This document shows positions 57,657 through 64,000 of a stretch of 64,000 bases of DNA, one piece after another; positions within the stretch are counted from its first letter, which is position 1, and each line of letters starts with the position of its first letter. The DNA comes from Nitrospirota bacterium. Lineage in GTDB: Bacteria > Nitrospirota > UBA9217. Below the pieces are notes generated by a model. That model had not been told where the DNA came from. It searched no databases and was given only the letters and a program-made list of their open reading frames with translations. The DNA lies in assembly GCA_963663225.1 (NCBI GenBank), contig OY760142.1:2144001-2208000 (forward strand), given 5' to 3'. Position numbers and translations under genes: made by a program.

Positions 57657-60263
57657 ATGATTCTGACCAGGTTTCAGGAAGCCGCACGGTCCTTTCCGGA
57701 CAATGTTGCTGTTCGTTTCAAGGAAGGCCAACGCGTTGAACAGTACACCTATCAACGTTTTCTGCGGATGATTGCTTCCCTTGCACAGGCGCTTTCTGAA
57801 AACGGGATTAACAAGGGAGACCGTGTCGCTGTCTTGTCGGAGAACAGACCGGAATGGTTGGCAGCGTATCTTGCTGTCGTTTCCCTGGGGGCGGTGATCG
57901 TACCGCTTGATGCGCAGCTTACGGAGAGAGAGGTCGCGCTTCTGCTCGAAAGCGCGGAGGCAAAAGCGATCTTTATCTCGGCGGCGTGCAGGCAGAAGCT
58001 TCCCCGTGGTTTTTCCGGAATGATCATCGCGCTGGATCCGGGAGACGGGCACGTGTTTGCCGACATGGCGTCCGCCCACGCTGACGCCATGCTTTCCCCC
58101 GGACCTCCGGGAAACTCCCTTGCCGCGCTTTTGTATACATCGGGGACAACGGGTGATCCCAAAGGGGTGATGCTTTCGCAAAGCAACCTTGCCTCCAATC
58201 TGGAAAGCATCCTCAAACTCAACCTCTTCGACCATCGCGATAATTTTCTCTGCATCCTTCCCCTGCACCATACGTATGCCGCCATGGCATGTGTTCTGCT
58301 CCCTCTGAGCCTCGGGGGATGCGTCACCATCTTAAACAGCCTGAAAGGACCGGAGATTCTTTCCTGTATACAGGAAACCGGCGTCAGCGTGCTGGTCGGC
58401 GTGCCTCAGCTGTTTGCAGGACTGCGCCGGGCCATCTTTGATGAGATCCAGAAAAAACCGCTGCCGCTGCGTCTTCTGGTCAGACTTCTTCTCGGGTTCA
58501 ACAGCCTGGTGCGCAGGACCACGGGGGGCAATTTCGGCAAAATCCTTTTCAAGGCAGTGCATTCAAAATTCGGCCCTCAATTTAAACTTTCAGCCTGCGG
58601 AGGCGCACGGCTCGAACCGGACATATACACTGACATGACCAATATCGGCTTCTGGATTGTTGAAGGGTACGGACTTACGGAAACATCGCCGCTCTGCACG
58701 TTTAATCTCAGAAAGCCGGGATCCATCGGCATTGCAATCCCGGGCGTGGAAGTGAAACTATCAAATCCTGATGAGCAGGGGCAGGGAGAGATCACGGTGC
58801 GCGGTCCGAACGTGATGCTGGGGTATTATAAAAAACCGCAGGAGACGGCCGACGTGCTGAAGGACGGCTGGTTCTACACCGGCGACCTTGCCTATCAGGA
58901 TCAGGAGGGTTTTTTCTTCATCACGGGCAGGTCCAAAGAAATGATCGTGCTGCCGACCGGCAAAAAAATATTTCCGGAAGAGCTTGAGAAGTTCTATAAA
59001 CAAATCCCGGCCATCAAGGAAATCTGCCTTCTGCAGGGGGAACGAGGTCTTGAAGCGGCCGTTGTTCCCGATTTTGACTATCTCAGAAAAATGAACTTGT
59101 CCAATTCCCGCGAAACGATCGCCTTCGAGATTGCGGACCTGTCGAAAAATCTTCCCTTATACCAGCACATAACGGGGCTGAAGATATTCAAAGACCCTCT
59201 GCCCGCAACGCGTCTTGGAAAACTGCGACGAAGCAAGATAAAAGACCTGTATCAGCAGGGAGGAGAGCGTGTCGAGAAAACCGCACGTGAAACCGACGGC
59301 GACCTTTTGAAGGATCCGGTGGCGCAAAAACTGATCGCCTGCCTGGAGCCGTTTTCCGCCAAGAAAACCATCGTGCCTGATGACAACCTGGAGCTGGATT
59401 TGGGGCTTGATTCGCTCAGCCGTGTGGAACTGGTGGTGAGCATCGAAGAGTCATTCGCCTTGAGCCTGCCCGATTCGTTCGGGTCGGAGGTTTTTACGGT
59501 GAAAGACGCTGTGCTCCAACTCAGAGAACTCCTTGCTGCGGGGCCGGTATACACCGGTGAACGGGTGCACAAGTCGTGGAGCGATATCCTTTCCCAGGAA
59601 CCGCCTCCCGAACTCAGGACGTCTCTTCCGCTGGAGCGGGGAATATTTCGCAACACGCTGATGTTTCTGATCAAGCAGACGCTTACTTTCGCGTTCAAGG
59701 TGTACGGGCGCCTTTCCGTGCAGGGGCTGGATCATCTGCCGGTGCGCGGGCCGTACATCATCGCCCCGAACCATCTGAGCCTTATGGATGCTCCGGCCGT
59801 TATCGCGGGCCTGCCGTGGAAAATTACTTCGCAGGCGTTCTTTCTCGGCGCCACTGAGTATTTCAGCGGGGCGCTTTCGTCACGGATTGCCAGGATGATT
59901 CACGTGGTCCCTGTCGACATGGAAACGCGGCTTCACAGCGCGATGCAGTTGTCCGCGTACATGCTCAGGCGGGGTAGCATTCTGTGTGTGTTCCCCGAAG
60001 GCAGCCGCTCTCGGGACGGCAGCATTAAGGAATTCAAGAAAGGCGTCGGGATTCTTGCAGGTGAACTGCAGATCCCCGTTGTTCCGGTCGCCATCAGGGG
60101 TACATATGAAATGCTTTCATCCGGCAAGAGATTTCCCAGACCGGTAAAAATCAACGTGTCTTTCGGCAAACCACTGTACCCCGGGAGTATGGACAGCGAT
60201 GAAATTGCAAAAAAACTCCGGGACGATGTGGAATCTTTGCTGAAAGAAGAACCCGGGCAATGA
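57657..60263 (+). CDS. Long-chain acyl-AMP/CoA ligase fused to acyl carrier and PlsC-type acyltransferase domains
   Basis: YTSGTTGDPKG, EGYGLTE, TGD, DLGLDSL (Ppant Ser), NHLSLMD, FPEGSRS. Confidence 0.92.
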   Translation: MILTRFQEAARSFPDNVAVRFKEGQRVEQYTYQRFLRMIASLAQALSENGINKGDRVAVLSENRPEWLAAYLAVVSLGAVIVPLDAQLTEREVALLLESAEAKAIFISAACRQKLPRGFSGMIIALDPGDGHVFADMASAHADAMLSPGPPGNSLAALLYTSGTTGDPKGVMLSQSNLASNLESILKLNLFDHRDNFLCILPLHHTYAAMACVLLPLSLGGCVTILNSLKGPEILSCIQETGVSVLVGVPQLFAGLRRAIFDEIQKKPLPLRLLVRLLLGFNSLVRRTTGGNFGKILFKAVHSKFGPQFKLSACGGARLEPDIYTDMTNIGFWIVEGYGLTETSPLCTFNLRKPGSIGIAIPGVEVKLSNPDEQGQGEITVRGPNVMLGYYKKPQETADVLKDGWFYTGDLAYQDQEGFFFITGRSKEMIVLPTGKKIFPEELEKFYKQIPAIKEICLLQGERGLEAAVVPDFDYLRKMNLSNSRETIAFEIADLSKNLPLYQHITGLKIFKDPLPATRLGKLRRSKIKDLYQQGGERVEKTARETDGDLLKDPVAQKLIACLEPFSAKKTIVPDDNLELDLGLDSLSRVELVVSIEESFALSLPDSFGSEVFTVKDAVLQLRELLAAGPVYTGERVHKSWSDILSQEPPPELRTSLPLERGIFRNTLMFLIKQTLTFAFKVYGRLSVQGLDHLPVRGPYIIAPNHLSLMDAPAVIAGLPWKITSQAFFLGATEYFSGALSSRIARMIHVVPVDMETRLHSAMQLSAYMLRRGSILCVFPEGSRSRDGSIKEFKKGVGILAGELQIPVVPVAIRGTYEMLSSGKRFPRPVKINVSFGKPLYPGSMDSDEIAKKLRDDVESLLKEEPGQ

Positions 60264-60306
60264 CAACCGTAAACCAATGCAAAAATGCAATGGAAAGGAA
60301 GTGCGT

Positions 60307-61200
60307 ATGAAGAAAATACCCCTGTTGTTTTTCCTGATTGCTGCTGCGTTTTTTTCTTCCTGCGCATCGACACAGGGGCCGGCTGCGCCGGAGATAATAA
60401 AACCGAAAATAGCCCTGGTGCTCGGCGGAGGGGCAGCCCGCGGCTTTGCGCATGTGGGGGTGATCCGCCAGCTTGAACATGAAAAGATTCCAATCGATAT
60501 GATTGTGGGGACGAGCGTCGGCAGCCTTATCGGCGCGATTTACGCGAACGATCTGAACAGCTTTGAACTCGAATGGACGGCGTTCGCCCTGGAAAAAGAT
60601 GATGTATTTGATTATGCGATTCTGTCGGCTTTTACCGGAATGGGGCTTGCAAAAGGGGACAAGCTGGAAGAGTTTTTAAAGAAGAAGGTTTCCGTACCGA
60701 ATATCGAAAACCTCAAACTTCCGTTTGCCGCCGTGGCTACGGACCTGAATCGGGGAACGCGCGTTGTTCTCGACCGCGGTTCGGTGGCCAAGGCTGTTCA
60801 TGCAAGCAGCGCCATTCCTGGTGTCTTCACGCCGGTGGATTATCAGGGCCGCCTGCTGGTGGACGGCGGTCTCATTGACAATATCCCCATCGCAGTTGCC
60901 CGGGAAAAGGGCGCGGACATTATTATTGCTGTCGACATCAGCGAAAATGTGACTAATTTTAATATAACCAATCCTATTGACGTACTGCTTCAGTCCGTTA
61001 ACATTATGTTCAACCAAAATGTGCAATATAAAAAGAAAAACGCGGACATACTAATCAGTCCGCAAATAGGCGACGTGGGAATGCTCGATTTTACTCAGAA
61101 AAAGCGGTGTATGCAGGCAGGAATCGAAGCGACGCGTCAGGCAATGCCGGAAATCATGAAAAAAATCGAGGAGTGGGGAAAGAAGCAGACTCAGAAATAA
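60307..61200 (+). CDS. Patatin-like phospholipase, lipoprotein
   Basis: Lipobox FSSC; LGGGAARG, GTSVG, VDGG. Confidence 0.92.
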   Translation: MKKIPLLFFLIAAAFFSSCASTQGPAAPEIIKPKIALVLGGGAARGFAHVGVIRQLEHEKIPIDMIVGTSVGSLIGAIYANDLNSFELEWTAFALEKDDVFDYAILSAFTGMGLAKGDKLEEFLKKKVSVPNIENLKLPFAAVATDLNRGTRVVLDRGSVAKAVHASSAIPGVFTPVDYQGRLLVDGGLIDNIPIAVAREKGADIIIAVDISENVTNFNITNPIDVLLQSVNIMFNQNVQYKKKNADILISPQIGDVGMLDFTQKKRCMQAGIEATRQAMPEIMKKIEEWGKKQTQK

Positions 61201-61304
61201 GAATATTCCTGGTACGGCTGCTGGACATCGGCAAATTTTCGCCGAGGATCATTTTTACTGTTTAATGCCGACGTGTCGGCATATTTCTTTCCGTGCAGTT
61301 TCCT

Positions 61305-62156
61305 ATGATTAAAAAAATCAAGATCATTCTTGAAATGATCAAATTCGAGCATACTGTTTTTGCATTGCCGTTCGCCTTTACTGCAGCGCTGATGGCGGCA
61401 AAAGGCTTGCCGTCGGGATGGCAGATTCTCTGGATTAGCATGGCTATGGTCGGGGCGCGTTCCGCAGCCATGGGATTCAACCGCTGGGCAGACCGGAAAT
61501 TCGACGCCGAAAATCCACGGACAAAGACCAGGGCGCTGCCTCTGGGACTTGTTTCTCCTTCGCAGGTGGTCGTTTTTACCGCTGTTTCTTCGACAGTGCT
61601 CATTTTTGCCGCCTACCAGCTGAACCCGCTTGCCTTTTATCTTTCACCAGTCGCGCTCGGTACGGTATTCTTTTATTCTTACACAAAACGATTCACATTT
61701 TTGTCGCATGCTTTTCTGGGACTTGCCATTGCCGGTGCCCCACTGGGTGCCTGGATTGCGGTTACGGGAAGGATTGAAATACCGGCGATTGTGCTCGGCA
61801 CGGCCGTCCTGTTCTGGCTTCTGGGGTTTGATGTCCTCTATGCGCTTCAGGACATGGAGTTTGATCGAAAAGCCGGGTTGCATTCCATCCCCCAACAGTT
61901 CGGCGTGCGGCGGTCTCTCCTGATATCGAGGACGTCACATGCAGTCACTATTGCGGCATTGTTCTGGCTTGCTTTTTTAGTGCCCCTCGACGGCTCCTAT
62001 ATAACAGGAGTTGCTCTTGCCTTCTGCCTCATTTTGTATGAACATGCTCTGGTGAAGGAACATGACCTCTCCAAGCTGAATATGGCTTTTTTCAATATGA
62101 ACGGATACATCAGCGTCACCATTTTTGTTTTTACGCTGTTGGATGTTCTTTTGTAG
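61305..62156 (+). CDS. UbiA-family polyprenyltransferase (MqnP-like)
   Basis: IKFEHTVFALPFA, ARSAAMGFNRWADRKFDAENPRT, YSYTKRFT, YALQD. Confidence 0.9.
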   Translation: MIKKIKIILEMIKFEHTVFALPFAFTAALMAAKGLPSGWQILWISMAMVGARSAAMGFNRWADRKFDAENPRTKTRALPLGLVSPSQVVVFTAVSSTVLIFAAYQLNPLAFYLSPVALGTVFFYSYTKRFTFLSHAFLGLAIAGAPLGAWIAVTGRIEIPAIVLGTAVLFWLLGFDVLYALQDMEFDRKAGLHSIPQQFGVRRSLLISRTSHAVTIAALFWLAFLVPLDGSYITGVALAFCLILYEHALVKEHDLSKLNMAFFNMNGYISVTIFVFTLLDVLL

Positions 62157-62185
62157 ATAATGATTCGAAATAAAAAGGAGATACT

Positions 62186-62689
62186 ATGAAATTAAGATTG
62201 ATAATACTGTTTTGCGTTGTCTTTGCGGCAACTTTCGCTTTTGCGGCGGAAGCGCCTGAAAAAAACCAGCAGAGCAAATCACAAAACACAATCGCTGAAA
62301 AAAATAAAAAAGACGGAATGGCGTTCCTTGCCGAGAATAAAAAGAAAAAAGGTGTAAAGGTTCTTGCAAGCGGTTTGCAGTACAAGATAATTACGGCGGG
62401 GAAAGGAAAAGTTCCCAAGATAACTGACCAGGTTACCGTGCATTACAAAGGCAGCCTTATTGACGGGACGGAATTTGACAGCTCTTACAAGCGCGGTCAA
62501 CCCGCAGTTTTTCCGGTTAATCGCGTGATCAAGGGGTGGGTCCAGGCGCTGCAGCTTATGAAGGAAGGTTCAAAATGGCAACTCGTCATTCCAGCGGACC
62601 TTGCGTACGGCGAGCGAGGAACTCCGGGAGGTCCTATCGGCCCGAACGCTGTTTTGATTTTTGAGGTCGAATTGCTTTCGGTGAAGTGA
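62186..62689 (+). CDS. FKBP-type peptidyl-prolyl isomerase, exported
   Basis: Signal peptide; SGLQY, VHYKG.L.DGTEFDSS, VIKGW, LAYG, LIFEVELL. Confidence 0.93.
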   Translation: MKLRLIILFCVVFAATFAFAAEAPEKNQQSKSQNTIAEKNKKDGMAFLAENKKKKGVKVLASGLQYKIITAGKGKVPKITDQVTVHYKGSLIDGTEFDSSYKRGQPAVFPVNRVIKGWVQALQLMKEGSKWQLVIPADLAYGERGTPGGPIGPNAVLIFEVELLSVK

Positions 62690-62796
62690 TGCTGGAATCA
62701 TAGAGACGGTTTTTGCAGGCAATTGTTGGTGGAACATTTAGGAGAGATGAAAACCGGATGGGCACTTTTGTGTAAGCAGTGCATTACCAATCACGG

Positions 62797-63594
62797 TTAA
62801 CCTTTTGCCGATGAATCGCCTCCCCATTCGCGCAGCTTGCCGGTGATAAACTCAATGATCTTTTGATGTTCCTCGGCCCCGCGGTCCTTGATCCGCAACG
62901 GTTCTCCGAACGCGATGTGGGCTTTTTTTGCCGGGTCTATCCAGCCGTAGTCTTTTAGATAGCTGCCGGTGCCCCATGCATCAGTTTTGAGAGCAATGGG
63001 TACCACCGGCACGTCCGCCTTTTTCGCAAGCTTGACTCCAATGGTGTTGAACTGATCGGGGTCAAATACCGTCGTGCGTGTGGTTTGCGGAAAAATGATG
63101 ATGGAAGTTCCCGCGTGCAACCTCTCCGTGCCTCCCTCCAGAACGGCCTTTAAATCATCGCGGGGGTTTGACCTGCCTACCGTAACGGGGTTCCGTGCCC
63201 GCATGACGTACTTGAACACCGGATACTCGATAAGGTCCTGCTTGACGACAAACGTTGTCTCTCTGAACGGGGCGATGATTGTCGGCAGGACGAAGGTTTC
63301 GAACGTGCTCATGTGGTTGCCGATGAACACGCAGGGGCCGTCAAGCTTTTTAAAAAAGTCCATGCCGGTCACTTCGAGCTGAACGCCGACCCGTTCCAAG
63401 GCGCGCAGCACCTCAATGCTGCTATTGCACCATTCCGCGGTGTCATAGCGATTGCGCTTTGCCTTTCTGCTTGCGCGCATGACGACGGAAATGACGTCCA
63501 GATAGAAAACAAAGGACGGCATTTTTTTGATAAAAAATGACACGGGATGGATTTTTGTGCTGTATGTGTCGCCTTCCAGCTTTACCGCTTCCAC
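62797..63594 (-). CDS. PlsC-type lysophospholipid acyltransferase
   Basis: GNHMSTFET, IIFPQTTR, VVPIAL. Confidence 0.88.
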   Translation of the reverse strand: MEAVKLEGDTYSTKIHPVSFFIKKMPSFVFYLDVISVVMRASRKAKRNRYDTAEWCNSSIEVLRALERVGVQLEVTGMDFFKKLDGPCVFIGNHMSTFETFVLPTIIAPFRETTFVVKQDLIEYPVFKYVMRARNPVTVGRSNPRDDLKAVLEGGTERLHAGTSIIIFPQTTRTTVFDPDQFNTIGVKLAKKADVPVVPIALKTDAWGTGSYLKDYGWIDPAKKAHIAFGEPLRIKDRGAEEHQKIIEFITGKLREWGGDSSAKG

Positions 63595-63762
63595 GAGTTT
63601 TTCCCGCCTCCGAAAGAATATTCTAAAATTTCAATCAGTATATCATGTCAGCGGAGAAGAGTGAAGAGGGAAAATATGCTCTGCAACAAAAGGGAACAGC
63701 GGTTTGCATGAACGGTGAAATAAAAGCTTGCAATGCCGCAATGAAAAAGAGAAAATAGGTCC

Positions 63763-64000
63763 ATGAATAATCTGACGCTTAGGCAGCAAGTCGCTCAAAT
63801 GGTTATGCCTCGCCTTGATGGTGCGAAGCTTGATGATCCCCGCTATCTCTCAAGAATCCAGGACCTTATTCAGGACGGCATCGGAGGTTTCATTCTATTC
63901 GGAGGAATCCTTGAACAGACTTCCCGTCATCTTCGGGAAATACAGGCTTTTGCCGGGATACCGCTTCTGATTGCCTCTGACATAGAACGCGGCCTTGGAC
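63763..64000 (+). CDS. Glycoside hydrolase family 3 (NagZ-like), N-terminal part, runs off the window
   Basis: MNNLTLRQQVAQMVM..GIGGFILF..IPLLIASDIERGLG; not in the ORF track. Confidence 0.8.
   Translation, partial: MNNLTLRQQVAQMVMPRLDGAKLDDPRYLSRIQDLIQDGIGGFILFGGILEQTSRHLREIQAFAGIPLLIASDIERGLG

Noticed and set aside
1-64000. tRNA (including tRNA-Sec), rRNA, selA/selB/selD, intact transposases, prophage genes
   Set aside because: None recognised by eye; the Sec machinery must lie outside the window and needs confirming.

Overview
Gene-dense bacterial chromosomal window with about 58 genes and no rRNA, tRNA, CRISPR array, intact transposase or prophage that I can recognise. Gene content (PilT/DUF4388, sigma54 activator, hybrid kinases, UbiA/MqnP-type prenyltransferase, Sec recoding) suggests an anaerobic Gram-negative such as Nitrospirota or Desulfobacterota; this is inference. 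Two selenoprotein genes are hidden by the ORF track. (1) A MerB-like organometal lyase (44352-45026, minus) has UGA codons, each followed by its own SECIS-like hairpin, at both positions matching the catalytic cysteines. It lies directly behind a MerR-family regulator under a 19-bp-spacer MerR-type promoter, with no merA or mer transport genes in the window. (2) A probably exported Sec-MsrA (19987-20802, minus). Other highlights: three consecutive transcription units (B12 radical SAM, two small proteins, secreted metallophosphoesterase) each preceded by 11-bp-period Pho-box-like repeats; an L,D-transpeptidase-Mur ligase fusion; a His-ringed beta-propeller fused to a type-1 cupredoxin; a promoter-driven structured leader carrying an IS200/IS605-end-like repeat; a two-component surface-lipoprotein island; and an 11-residue-repeat secreted protein. 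All calls are from reading motifs by eye; no database searches were run.
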